In this document: in pieces, positions 35,624-49,918 of the stretch
How positions within the stretch are numbered: the stretch's first letter is position 1
Layout of the letters: every line of letters starts with the position of its first letter
Source: Plasmodiophora brassicae
Lineage: Eukaryota
NCBI GenBank assembly: GCA_036867785.1
Contig: CP145414.1
Span: 558,001-622,000, forward strand
Length of the DNA: 64,000 nt
Direction of reading: 5' to 3'
Notes under the pieces: generated by a model
What the model saw: only the letters and a program-made list of their open reading frames with translations
What the model was told of the DNA's origin: nothing
Database searches by the model: none
Program-made: the position numbers and the translations under genes

Positions 35624-38126
35624 TTACCAGGCGGCGACCGGGGTGCCCATGCGGACCAGCGTCTCCACGTTCTGGTTCGCCGCCAGCGCCAGGTCCGATA
35701 TGAACGCTGACGGCGTTGCCGATTGCAGGACGACGACGATCGTGGACCCGCCGAACTGTTCCATCGACGATCAGACCGGGGGGCAGGCCGCATGCGCGTT
35801 GCAGGCCGACCTGGAAGTAGCCGAGCTCGGCGCCCTTCGCCACGTGGGCCCCGGCGCCCACGCTGGGCACGATGCTGCCGACGCAGGTCGCCCCGAGGGC
35901 CACATACGCGATCATCCTGCCCTTCGCGTCCTGCAGGAGCATCACCATGCGGTGGTTGTAGATGGCACCGTCCTCGGCCCTATGCGCCCGCCGCTCAGCA
36001 ACACTGCTGTCGGGCGAGGGCACGTACCGATCGCCCCGTACGTCATGGCGTCGGCGCTAACGGAGTACAATGGCCCCGGGATGACGACCTGCGACACGAT
36101 GGTCGCATCGGACGGCGCGTGGAATCGATGGTAGTCGCCCTGGAGGGTGCGCCGATCAGACGACGACGACGACGGCGACGACCAGCGCGCGTTACCGGCG
36201 CGAGTCGATGGATGATCACGGGAGCGCTGTCCGAGAACAGGGCCAGGTCGACCGATGGGCCGAGCAATTGCCCCAGCGACACCTGGTCGCCCTTCAGCCA
36301 CATGCGCGTACCGGGCGCGCTGGAGAACACGAGCGTCCTGGCGTCGGCCGCCGCCACCAGCACCTGGCACCTGTTCATGCGTGCGCGTGTGTGTGCGTGT
36401 GCGTGTGTGCCGACGTACGTCCGGGTTGCTGGCGCCGTAGATTGGCCGAAGTTCGGGGCGGATCCGCCTGGCGAACCAGTCGTTCAGGGTGGCGTACGCC
36501 CTGTAGTCCGGCATCACGTATTCGCTCATGTCGACATTGTACGCCCTGACGAACGCGTCGCCGATGTACGCCTGCTTGCCAGCGTCGTCGAGGACGTCGT
36601 TCGCTCCCTGGGCGCCGCATTACGACCACGTCAGCAACAACGGCCCCATGCTCGGCGCCTGCCCGTGCCCGTACCGTCCCGCACAGGTCGGTCTGGATTA
36701 CGAACAGGTCGTTCATGCGCAGCCTGGCGGCCATGCCTCTGAGGCCGTAGGCGAGCATGGACGCGCGGGCCACCATCTTTGGCTGGACCTCGTCGACGGG
36801 TCCGGCCAGGTTCCGGGAGAGCACCTGTGGGCGACGTCATCCAGCCAGCGGGCAACGATCAGCGCCGCTCGACAAACCTTGTACGGTGGGATGCGCCAGA
36901 ACACGAACAGTGTGAGCAGGAAGGCGGCGCCGGCCCCGACCAGGACGACGGTCGACGCGATCATGCCCTTCCGCTGGCGTTTCGAGAACGGCCGGGGGCA
37001 TTCGTTGTACTCGAGGTACCGGCCGTACTGCGATGTGCCATCGGGGACGACGGCACCGTGCTTGGCGTTCCGGCGCTCGTGGCGTCGTGTGATGATGGCG
37101 TAGGCGATGGCGACGGCGATGTTGACGAGGCAGAGGACGGTAGTGACGAGCGCCCAGGCAGAGAACCCGCCCAGCCAGCTGACGATGTTGATGACGACGA
37201 CGTTGACGAACGCGTAGAGCAGCTGGGGATGCGATTGGAAGCGCTTCAGGCGAGGCAGCCAGGTCTGGAAGACGGCGAGCTGGCCGGCCATGCCGACCAT
37301 GGCGACGAGCACGAGCGCCCACATCGCCGTCGTCGCCGCCGTGGCCTCGTCACGACGTTTCCCATTCGACGACGCGATCGCCGACGTCGATGCCAGCACC
37401 TGATGGGTACTTGAGTGAGACCCGCACGCTGGACGGCGCTGGCGACGGCCCGTACCGAGGCGATCGTGGCGGCCCGATCGGCTGCGACCGTCAGCGCGGC
37501 ATTCAGCACCGCCGTCGGCGCCGTCGGCTCGATCGAGAACGTCGCCGCCACCGCCGGTGTGACGTTCATGGCCAGGAACTGGACCGCGCCCGTTGGCGAC
37601 ATCGTGCACCTTACTGGTGACGTCCCGTACAGCAGTACCGCCTGGCACACCAGGATGGCCGACGTATCGGATTCGTTCGCCAGCGCGACGTAATCGACGT
37701 AAGGGGTCCCCTGGCATCCGACATCCGCTGTTAGCAGGCAGTGTAGGGCCCCGCTGGACGATGACGGCGGTGATATACCGGGTCGGGATGTCGTACGCGA
37801 AACACACGACGACCTGTCGCTGACGCGATCGACATCGTCGACGAGTCCAGTGGAATCCCGAACGACGACAACACCGATGCGGGTACGCTGGATGTGCTGA
37901 CGGCCTGTATCAATGGTGTGGCTTTAGGGTTGAGGCGTCGTCTGGGGGTAACCTACGCGACCTGTACCTGTGGGTCAGGCGCGGCAACGAACTGCGACGT
38001 GTATGGCTGGCCATTACGCGCGCAGGTGAACGTCGAGTCGTCGCCGATCGACACGGACCACAGGTCAGCGTCTGTCATTGCAACGACTGCGACGACGATG
38101 ACAACGACGATGACATCGAGCCCCAT
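35624..38126 (-). CDS. PSD: Phosphatidylserine decarboxylase (Psd2-like) with signal peptide, extra N-terminal domain and ~4 TM helices
   Basis: LNDWFARRIRPELRPI, AADAR, IHRLAP|GDYHRFHAP, GATCVGSI, GYFQ|FGGST cleavage motif (~35741-35755). Upstream exons splice continuously from MGLDVIVVVIVVAVVAMTDA. Confidence 0.8.
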
Positions 38127-40418
38127 TGCGAATGGGTCCCTCGCGTGAAGTAACGTTCTAGAAGAACTCGGTCACGAGCGCTTATGGGGACCGACCGCAG
38201 ATCAGGTATTGTGGTTATTCTGATATAACAGGTCCAGCGTGGCCGAGAAAGCTCCGACTCTGTAGAGACCAGCTCCGAACGTTAACCGGGAGGGTATAGC
38301 CCACAACGATGCCATTATCAGGTGTGGCGTCCGTTCACTGGCGGACACCGGCAGACACCGGCGGCGATGTAGACTCGCGGACAAACGATAGTGCGCGTGC
38401 TGACCAATCTAAAAATGTCAACGCGCAAATATCGAAGCATCGCGAGGTCCGTGATTCGTTTAGAGATGGCAGATGGTCGACCCGACCCAACCCATGGTGT
38501 TCTCAACCGACCCGGGTCAGACCCGCCGCGCCCGCCCATGACCCGGGTCATGGACCTGCAGATGGTCTAGCGGACTTGGGGGTGGCGGACACTGGTACTG
38601 ATCTCGACTCTCGGCCCTCGGGTGCCGGGACTTGCTGACGGCCGGCCCGCCGTCCCTGGCCGCAGATTGAGCTCCGGAGTCAAGGCGCTCCCCTGGATCG
38701 AGCACCTTTCATGTTGTGTGAACGTACACTCGTCGTCGAGTTTACTTGGCACTAGAGTGCTCGCAAGAATGACAAGATTGCAAGTCACTCAGTTGCAAAT
38801 CCCGAATCTTCGTCGTTGGAGGCAATGACAGCGATAAACAGCCTGCGAACTTTGTTAAAGTCGAACGAAAAGCACCTAGACCACCTAGAGAAGTGAATCT
38901 TCCAGCGAGTCCTTCGAGAACGCACTGCAGCGGACGACGACATGGTCGGGACGCACCTACGAGATGTAGCTGATTACGCCCACATCGGCACCAACAACAG
39001 CGAACAGTGGATCAGCATCCTGAACACGCTGCGCATCCGATCGGCAACACTGACGTTCCAAGCCACGCGCCGAATTGGTCTGCTCTCGAGTAATCGCGAT
39101 GATCGCCATCATCGCCGCCACCAGGGTCCGGTCGCGGCCTGCTCAGCTCATCGGCGTGACTTTCGCTATGACTGCCGCCACAGGTCTGGTGCATTCATCA
39201 AATCGGTACGTACGTCGGTTCCGACCATTGCTTTCTAGGTCGCTCATCGTGTCCGCAGCAGCGGGCAGGCGACGATCGTATGGTCGGCGTCGGTCAATCA
39301 GTTCAGGTGCGCGTCTGGCCGATGCATGTGCCGCTGTCGCTCTGAGCCTGCTGCAAATCGTGTCTTGGCGCGTTCGTGTCGCTCGTCGTCCTTGAATTCT
39401 CGTAGGCCTTATCATTCAGGCGGATCAGGAACCCGCCACGCTGCTGTGCCTGCCGGGTCACCATTGAGACGATGCCGGCTTAATTGGTGCATCAATCAAG
39501 ATCGATCCGTCACAATGGCTGCCAGGCGAATCGACGCTCGTCCGCACGACCCAGGCGTCAATATGTTTCAGCGTCGAGCTAGTGTTGGTCGGCGATCCAT
39601 ACGCCGTACTGCAGCAGCGTATGCTTAACCTCATAAACACAACTCGCGCGTTACTACGGTTCAGTGGTTTCGACTTGACGCATCCCGGATGGCTCAGCGC
39701 AAACCGCGTCGACTTGGCTGTCGTCTTAGTGTCCTCAGCTGTACAGCATGGTCGATCCACCATGCGACAAGCGCTCGCGGCCCCCCAGATTGGTGTCTTC
39801 ATTAGGTCTTAAGCACGTGATCATGATCAATCTCGATCGCAGACGATCAGCCTCGAATAGTCAAAGTTGGGGACACGGTTTTATGAAGACATTATGTTTC
39901 GTCTTGTGAACGCCTGTCGTTGAACCGCGTTCACACGGTTCGTGCGTAACTTCCACGAACAGGCAACTCCAAGAAGGTTCAGAAGTCAAATGAAACTCGA
40001 AACATGGCTGGTAGGCTTGGCGGCGCAGCGTCGTACGTACCCAGACTCTCGTGACCGGTACACGTGGCTTGCCCCGGCCGGCACGGGACAATCACCAAAT
40101 CGGTCTTACTCCCGCTCCCGAGTGAGACGTTGTCGCCGGGGCACGCTTCGGTGGAATGCAGACGGGTTGCACTAACATCCGTCCCGTTACTATCGATAAC
40201 GGGTGAATCCCGCCTCTACAACGTTTCGACGGAATTCGACCACGGTTACGCAGGCCAGCGTTCGCCTCCGTTCGAAAGGTGGTGGTGGGGAGGTAAGCGA
40301 AGAAAATTGAGAGCCCGGCGATCAACCTCCTTGTCCCGCCGAATGGGTTCCCATCCGTAGAGCATAAAATAATAGGCGAAACACATCTGGTCCAATGTAC
40401 TACGACGTCCGGGCTTGA

Positions 40419-41764
40419 TTAATGGAATGTCATAATCAGGTTGACGACTTCATGTCGGCCTTGGCGCTGGGCACAATCGATAGGAGTGTGCCCGTTGTTA
40501 TCTCGTACGTCGTAGCGGGCACTCGCATTGAGCAGCGCTTGAACGAGACCCACATGGCCCTCAGCGGCTGCAATATGTAATGGTGTACGTCCCGACAAAG
40601 ACGCGACGTTATTCACTTGTGCACCTTGGGAGATCAATAGCCGGACAGCTTCGACGTGGCCACGGTCGGTCGCGTAGTCCAACGCGGACTGACCCGTGAC
40701 ATCTAACGCATCCACATCGACGTAGACGAGCAGGAACTGCATGACTGCGAGCTGGTTCGCCTTGGCGGCGGCACACAGACCGTCGACCGGATCAGCGCCC
40801 TTTTTTATCAGGCGACGAACGACGTCCACGTGTCCACCTGACGCCGCCGTCCCCAAGGCCGTCTGCCCGGTCCAATCCCTAACATCGATGTCGTCCTTTG
40901 CAAGCTCGAGAACGCGCTCCACAACGTCGAGGCGGCCGTAAGCAGCCGCCAGATGCAGAGCCGTCTTGCCACGAACCGTCCGAAGGCTCAAATCGGCCCC
41001 ATTAGCGACGAGTGCATTGAACGTATCAAGGTGACCCTAAACAGATGGCCATCAGTGCCGTGAAGGTGCAAACACGGATACACATGCACCTCTCGTGCCG
41101 CCAGGTGCAACGCGGTGCACTGTCGTCGGTCAACATCGTTCACAATGGCTCCATGCCCGACGAGACCGTCGATCATGTCGGTCCGGCCATGCAGGGCCGC
41201 AAGATGCAGGGCGGATCGACGATAGGGTCCAGCCGTCTTCCTCGTGCAATCGGCACCGTGACGAAGCAAAAGTCGAACGGCATCCCGTTGCCCTTCGCGG
41301 ACGGCGACGTGCAATGCGGATTCGCCCGTGATCGTCAGGGCGTCCACCGGCACGTCCAGTGCGATCAGCTTGTTGATCGACAGCGTCTGGCCTGATCGGG
41401 CGGCTTCGTGCAGGCACTGGTCGGCGAGGTTAGCGCGATGACGAGCAAGGATCGGGAGAAGCCGCGTGTGGCCCATCGAGGACGCGGTCTGGGCGGCAAG
41501 TGTCGCCAGCGACCCGTTCTTGACGTACCCGAACAGGACGGCGACCACGCGGACCTGCCCGAGGCGGGTCGCCTCCATCACCAGATCCTCCATGTTATCC
41601 GGGCGGCGCCACTCGATCAGGGCACGCACCCGATCCGCGTCACCGGCCAGGATCGCCTCATGCAGCTTCGCGGGCGACGACGACGACCGCCCAGCGAATC
41701 GCATGTGCACCGCCAGCATCGCCAGCACCGACACGGCTGACAAAACCGCTCCCACGTTCGACAT
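40419..41764 (-). CDS. Ankyrin-repeat protein with N-terminal signal/anchor
   Basis: MSNVGAVLSAVSVLAMLAV; ~10 repeats (GESALHVAVREG, GKTALHLAAAYG, GRTPLHIAAAEG). One intron at ~41037-41089. Confidence 0.9.
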
Positions 41765-41951
41765 GACAATTACCGAATGGCGCGTAACGTGGCGGGGGGG
41801 CGGCGGCAACTTGTTCCGCCACCAGGATGCCCCCCAACAAGTCTGGGAAAAACGGTCCTGGGAATAGTAATGTGTCGACTGCGACACGGGGAGGAAGAGC
41901 GTCACACTGCACACGCAGAGTTGAGGGCGGACGCGGTCGGCACTGGGCGCG

Positions 41952-43108
41952 TTACGTTTCTGGCAATGTATGGGGTACCTCGGGCCACAGCTCGCTGATG
42001 CGAAGCCGGGCGTCCATCGGCTCCTGCGTCAGGCGGATCTCGTGGAACGGCGCGGAGAATTGCAGGAGGTACGCGCGGCTCTCCTCGACATGGTCCTGGA
42101 GGAACGAGAGGACATTGTCGGTCAGCGAGAGGCACTCGTGCGCCGACCATAGGTCCTGGCACTGTCTGGGGATGTCCTCCGTGGCGAACCTCTCCACGCC
42201 CGCAAGTCTGTTCTGCTCGTCGCGAAACCCGAAGACGATGACCGGCGTGTTGACCAGGAATGACTGGATCCACGAGCTCAGCATTTTGTAGCGCCTGAAT
42301 ACGAACCGCTGCTTTTCGTTTCGGATGCAGGCAGCCGTCTTGAGCTCGATCGGATGGCCGGCAGCTGGACGCGACACGCAATCGATTTCAGCGGCCAGCA
42401 GAATACGATGCCTGCCGATACGCAGGCGCGACACGGTACAGTACTCATTGTTCGGATCGATGGGCCGATCGTTGGGCGACCCGTCCGCACTGACCGTGCT
42501 TTTCGCCTCGAACGAGTACCCCATGAAGGAGAACAGCCGAGAACCCTGGCTGTTGTCGGGCTGGTCACACACAGGAAGAGCGGGATCGACGGAAGGCCTC
42601 ACGTCTAGGTAAACGACGTTGCAGAACCTGGTGACACCGATCCTCCACGGGTCTCTCCGATTGTACGCCGTCCCCATTATCCTGAAGGCGAAAATCAACA
42701 CCGATTCAACATACGCGCGCGTATTTCTACTTGTTGAGGTTGTTCCGAAATGATACGAACGCAATCCGGTTGTCTTTCAGACTGAACTTGGCGGAGTTGA
42801 TGGCGGCCAGCGGCGCTTTCAGGTCGTCGATACCGTCCTTTTTATCAACAAATTTGTCAAAACCTTCAGTGAGGTCGATACCCAGTCGTGCAGGTCGATA
42901 CACTCTCTGTCGGCGAAACGACGATCAGCCCCCAAGCACGTCGCACACCCGTCCAGCGATGTAATACCGGCTCGGCCGCCGGGATCCTCAAGGCGCCTGC
43001 CCCGTCCCTACTATAGGCCGCAATAACGACGGGTCGAGACACGTCCACCCGAGCCTGCATGGGCGTCGGCCGCCCGGCACGGATCGGCTCCAACGGCAAC
43101 GCCCACAT
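41952..43108 (-). CDS. DXO: DXO/Rai1/Dom3Z decapping 5'-3' exoribonuclease
   Basis: FVSFRNNLNK|IMGT, GYSFE, NEYC, AEIDC, IELKT, KMLSSWIQSFL, GFRD. Confidence 0.9.
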
Positions 43109-43564
43109 CGCCGCTTGCCACGGAGAATCGTCGCGCGCCAATCAGCCCTCCGCTCCGCGGTTGCCCCCGCCAACGGGTCCTCGCCAAGTCGCACTGTGGG
43201 TTGCGGTTGCTGAATCCCAAAAAGCACCACTGGACACTGCGGGACCGTGAACATGGACGATCGAATTAAACCTGGCGGTGTGTGTATCCTGCATTCTGCA
43301 GGTTGCCCCTCAAATCGAAGAGTTCACTGTGTACGGGGGCCAATCCGCAAGTCGTTTTACCCGTTGACGTCACTGTTGGCATGTCCAGTGGAGTCACGCT
43401 GCCAGGGCCCGTGCCAATTCAGTGTGTAGCCCGCCGTGATTCAATGCGAGATTCTCACTGCATGTGGGGCGGGGCATCATGTCGCTGGAGTCACCTTGCA
43501 CATAGCGTCATTATTGATTTATATTTGAAGAGTGCACGACGTCCCGTTCGCGCCTATCCCCGTA

Positions 43565-44119
43565 ATGAACTCACGACTCGCCATCCTGGCAGCGGTGATC
43601 GCCGGCGCCGCCCTGGCCGCTGACAACATGTACAAGTGTTCGGACGGCCCGTTCGCCTGCACAGACGAGGTCGCCTACATCTGTGGCACCGATGGTGTCA
43701 CCTACCTGAACCACTGCAAGTTCTTCACCGCCTACTGCTCCAACAACGCCATCAACTTCGCCAAGGAAGGCAAATGCGACGGGTCCACCGACAGCGACAA
43801 CGACGCGACGGGCGCAGGCGGCAAACCGTCATCGGCGAAGAAATCGTCTGGGCAAGGGTCGTCCACCCATCCCAGCAACGACAAAGCCACGTACGCGTCG
43901 GGTGCTGGTGCGTCAAAAGCCACATATACGTCCAATGGCACGTCGGCAACAACGCAGGGCTCGATGGCGGTGACGCCGACCGGGTATGCCGACAACGCCA
44001 CCGTGCCGTTCAAGTCGGAGCCGCAGCAGGCGTCCAACAAGACGAACGGCAACAGCGCCGCCAGTGCATCACTAGTATCGTGCGCTGTCATTGTCGCAGC
44101 CAGCGTCCTGTTCCTCTGA
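43565..44119 (+). CDS. Kazal-type serine protease inhibitor, secreted, probably GPI-anchored
   Basis: Signal peptide; C-x6-CTDEVAYICGTDGVTYLNHC-x6-C...GKC (6 Cys); Ser/Thr/Gly-rich stalk; NSAASAS followed by a hydrophobic C-terminus. Confidence 0.9.
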   Translation: MNSRLAILAAVIAGAALAADNMYKCSDGPFACTDEVAYICGTDGVTYLNHCKFFTAYCSNNAINFAKEGKCDGSTDSDNDATGAGGKPSSAKKSSGQGSSTHPSNDKATYASGAGASKATYTSNGTSATTQGSMAVTPTGYADNATVPFKSEPQQASNKTNGNSAASASLVSCAVIVAASVLFL

Positions 44120-44177
44120 ATACTACATTAGTTTACGAACTTGGATCGGTATGTATATATACGTGATGAAGAGATAG

Positions 44178-44429
44178 CTATGATGCCAGCGATTTCGGCA
44201 GGATGTCGCGCTTGCCGCGGCGAAGGACGAAGTTGATGACGATGTAGGCGAGCGTCGTCCAGACCCAGACGACGAGCAGGACGCGGGCCCAGATCGGCGT
44301 GTTGGCGCCAATGTACAGCTCGCAGACGACGGCGATCAATGTCGGCAGCAGGCCGACGAACAGCTGCGACCATGTCATCTCGTCCTCGATGGACGCCGAG
44401 TCGTGTCTGTCGATAGCCGGCAGAAACAT
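44178..44429 (-). CDS. Small 2-TM hypothetical protein (83 aa)
   Basis: Two hydrophobic segments and coding-like composition. Confidence 0.5.
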   Translation of the reverse strand: MFLPAIDRHDSASIEDEMTWSQLFVGLLPTLIAVVCELYIGANTPIWARVLLVVWVWTTLAYIVINFVLRRGKRDILPKSLAS

Positions 44430-44749
44430 CGTCGTGTCCGGTGTCGGCAGTCCCCGCTCTCTCGCTCTCTTTGCACCGTCGGCAGCGAGCTTTGGCACCC
44501 TCCGGCAGCCGCTGACCGATGCCCACACACAGTCCGCCAGTCGAGCTGTGCCGATTCGCGAACGTTCCGGCACAGAGTCCCGCTGCAGTGCACTCTTCTA
44601 CGGCGTGCCAGAGCGCACTCGAGTCCCCGCAAAAGGTTGCTGCGCATCACGCCGTCGATCACCACCAAAGCCTCGCACCGGCAAAGGTCTATTTCTGGGT
44701 GGCTTGGGCCTGCGGACTTGCGTGGTGGCATGCGCCGACGAATCTGGAA

Positions 44750-45388
44750 ATGGCGTCGAGTGCAACGGTCCTGCTCGCAATCATCGCAGTTGGGGTTGCT
44801 GTATCAGCGGGTGGGAACCTGAGCGCCGCCAGGCGTCACGATTCGGCGGTGATCAGGGCCGCGGTCCCCACGGTCGCCCAGCAGATTTCATCGCGATTCC
44901 GCAAGAACTCGTCGTTGTCGATTTCCTTTGTTCTGCCTGTGGCGGTGTTCCTCGCCGGTGCTGGTGCTCGAGATGCGATCGGGTTTCTGCCGAAAGGTGG
45001 AAGAACAGACAAAAGGCCGAAGCCGATATGTTCAGGTCGGCATATCAAATTCCCAGCTGCTGCTGCGATGGCAGCCGCAGCGGTTTTCGCCGGAGAGACG
45101 GCGAAGAGGCTGCTGGCGATGAAGGCGGTGAAGACGTCTCGCTCTGGCGGTCATAATGCACCAGAGGAGGATGCATCATCGGAATGGGCAGCGGTAGCGC
45201 TGGCTCTGGTGACAGCCGTCGCACTGTGCATTACGGCTCTTGCGATATCGATCTCTGTCGTTCGTACGAGGGGCGACAGGCAAAGGCAGCTGAGGCACGG
45301 CATACGATATCCGCATCCGCTGATGGCGCCCTCCGTTGATCGTGCTCTAGCAGTCGCCGTCTCTCGACAACACGTCATCGACTTTTAG
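44750..45388 (+). CDS. Hypothetical signal-peptide, multi-hydrophobic-segment protein
   Basis: MASSATVLLAIIAVGVAVSA plus 2-3 further hydrophobic stretches; single exon. Confidence 0.5.
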   Translation: MASSATVLLAIIAVGVAVSAGGNLSAARRHDSAVIRAAVPTVAQQISSRFRKNSSLSISFVLPVAVFLAGAGARDAIGFLPKGGRTDKRPKPICSGRHIKFPAAAAMAAAAVFAGETAKRLLAMKAVKTSRSGGHNAPEEDASSEWAAVALALVTAVALCITALAISISVVRTRGDRQRQLRHGIRYPHPLMAPSVDRALAVAVSRQHVIDF

Positions 45389-45435
45389 CTTCAATCGATA
45401 GGGGTATCGGTGTATTGGTTGAAAACGGCAGAGCC

Positions 45436-48081
45436 TCATTGGAGACTCATCTGAATTAGATTACGATAGTAGTCACCGGCCTCAGTCGTATCATGTAGGA
45501 GAGTGGTGTGTGGCGCGATAGCAAGGACACGACCGTCGCGAAGCAGAACGATCTGGTGCGCTGTTTGAAAAGTGGAGACTCGGTGCGCAATCACGATTGT
45601 CGTTCGTGTCGCCATCACGCGATTCAGGGCCTCGTTGATGAGGCGCTCACTACGAGAATCCAATGCGCTTGTTGCTACACGGCCGAAACGCACGTCAGGT
45701 ATATCGCAGCACGAAGTTTTCCTTTAGAGAAACCTTCATCGAGGATGAGTAAGCGAGGGTTCTTGAGGATGGCACGAGCGATTGCGAGCCGCTGCTTTTG
45801 ACCACCTGACAGATCCACGCCTCCTTGACCGATACTCTTCACAGTAATGAGCGATACATAAGACAGGAGACGACACGACCATACCGTTGCATATCCATCT
45901 GGAAAACCGTTGATGAATTCATGGGCATTCGCGGCTTTAGCGCTGTCCACGATATCGTCGCGCGACGCTGTTAACGAACCATATCGAATGTTTTCCTCGA
46001 TCGTTCCATGGAACAAATCAGGCTCTTGGCTGACGATGCCTGTATTCCCCGTCAGCGAATGCATGACTGAGTGCGGTTTCAGATCGGATATACCAATGTT
46101 CTCTCGTAGCCAATGAGTATCGATTTGATCAAGTGATGTCCCATCAAGCGTGATTACACCAGACGTGACGTTGTACAATTTGAGAAGTAGTGCTGCAATT
46201 GTGGATTTCCCACAGCCACTACAAGGCCCCGATTATCAGAAACGTTCACTAATCTGATAGTGCACAGGCACCTATGGCCAACCAGCGCAATGATAGACTG
46301 CGGCTTGATCGCCATTGAGATTCCGTCTGACGACAAGGGTCAAAGATTCCACTTTGCGGTCATTCCAATCACATTACCAAGAATGATTTTAGTTGGGCGG
46401 GAAGGGTACCGAAACACGACATTGCTGAAGACAATTTCCCCTTCTATAGAACTCGGAATGACCCCACCAGAGAGTTCTGACCAATCATTTTCAGCAAGAC
46501 ACAGACGGACGGTATTGCTCACATAACCTGTTTCGGAAGTCGACTGATTCAACAGGTTCATTACTCGATCACTAGCGCCATACCCTCTCATAAAATCACC
46601 ATAAAACTTCGACAGGCCGATAATTGATATGCCGAAATTGAACGTATCTACAGGGAAGGTCAGTGCAAGTGAGCAAACACTTAACCATCACATCATTACA
46701 CAGAATAAACGAGGTCAGATCGCCCGCTGACAGCAGCCCTTGTTTCACCAGAAATGACCCGTAACCAAGCACGGCTAATAAGGAAGCGTTACCAACCAAA
46801 TTCGTCCCCCCGGAGAATAGGGAGTTCGCAGTCGCGGCCTTGATCTAGAGCAGACTCAGGCGACGGCCCGGGAACAGCACACGACGATTAGTTACGGACA
46901 TTCCACCTGTATACTTCATGAACGCGTTCCGCGTACTTTTCGGCTTCGAAGTCTTCTCTGGCAAAAGCCTTAACTGTGCTACATGGGGGCGCTATGTAAG
47001 CAAATACCTGGCCGACCTTGGTGCCACGTTACCGTATCAGGGACAGGCGTTCTTCGGCTGTTGCAGAGGCAGCCCCAAGACTCTCCTGTGCGCTCCTTGA
47101 TATTCGCTTGACATATCTGCCGTAGAAGAAGCCTGAGACTGCGATGGCAGGCCCAATACCTGCGTCGAAACTATCTATCAGCATTTGATTTGACGACGTT
47201 CAGCGTGTTCGCTCACCAATAAGAACGGAAGACAGCTGCGGTGAGATGTAAGTCATAATGGCAAGGGTGCCCACCAGTTGAAGCGCGTTCCTGGCCCCGC
47301 TGGCCAATGAGTCGCCAGTGAGGGCGTCACCCATCACTACGCGCTCGAGACAATCAGTCGAACGTCAGGACGGAAGCGGGCAAAATCAACTGACCTAGAA
47401 CGTCGTTAGATAGTCGCGTGACCAGGTCGCCCGAGCGATGCGAGTCGAAATACGATATCGGCTGACGAAGCAACTGGACACCGGTGTTACCACCCCATTC
47501 CACAGCACCACCAGGTCTCGTTACCTTGCCGAATAGACGTTGCCGTAATCGTTGTACCAGTCGGGCACTGGCTACAGAGAAGAGCTGAACACGGGCCACA
47601 TTGGCAACGGCGCCGACCAGAAACAGTCCGCCAATGGCTAGCGATAACGATTCCAACGACGAAGGTATCCAGTCTGACTAGGTAATATCCGTAAAACCAT
47701 TGTGCCGTTAATGTGGTAGCCTTACCTGCATGACATCCGACAGGTGGGGAATCGACAGTGCAGGTGACTGGGCACGGTCGAGAACTTCTTTGGCAGTCAT
47801 ATCAACGAGTCTGAGTATACGTTCGCGCTCGCATTAACGTAGGATAGGCAGGACTTCTCGTAGCCTAACCTGCCGAATCCGACAGGGATTGCCAGCTGCG
47901 TACCCGTCCCGATAACAAGAGCGGCGCCACCGGCAGACAGCAGCGCCAGCTCCGGTCGAGCCAGCCGGACCAGCTCCCGGATCGACGATGAGGACAGCCG
48001 GCGTCTCTTCGGCTCCGCCCCTACCGAGCACAGCAACCGTCCTGTTACTACCCGAGGCCGCCATGCTGGCCTGATCAGCAT
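45436..48081 (-). CDS. ABCB10: Mitochondrial ABCB half-transporter (ABCB10/Mdl1-like)
   Basis: Arg-rich presequence, LARPE, FDSHRSGDLVTRLSND, Walker A GH|SGCGKST, VSQEPDLF, LSGGQKQRLAIARA, LILDE|ATSALD, IAHR. Many introns. Confidence 0.9.
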
Positions 48082-48482
48082 GTCGGCAGGTAGATAGGCA
48101 ATGTAGCTACCGGCAGCGTGGCGGGCTCGGCGACCCAAAATGTCGCATGTCGAGGTCGGACAATTTTTGGCCGACAGACCCGACGATGAAGCAAGGTGGA
48201 CCCTGCCACAAGCAAAAGGCACCCGGCTAGCGTCTCGTGCTTGCTCTCGTCGACGGGTTAACCCGTGCTGCAATATATCGGATAGCAGTAAGCCTAACTG
48301 CGGACGTAACTTACCCACAAGACGACGGACCAGTTGTCGGGTTGTGTCTTCGACAAACGGTCACGCCCTCTCCCAGGAAGCACTGGCGATGCATACCAAG
48401 AGTACGGGGCAGGCGCAAGCGGGTCCCAGGTCTGAGCAACTGAACGAAACCTGGTCGCCCTTTGTAAACATTCTCGCGTGTA

Positions 48483-49918
<1,436 letters not shown>

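Noticed and set aside
38942-39812. Short plus-strand ORFs with hydrophobic stretches
   Set aside because: Could not be joined into a consistent spliced frame; no recognisable motif.
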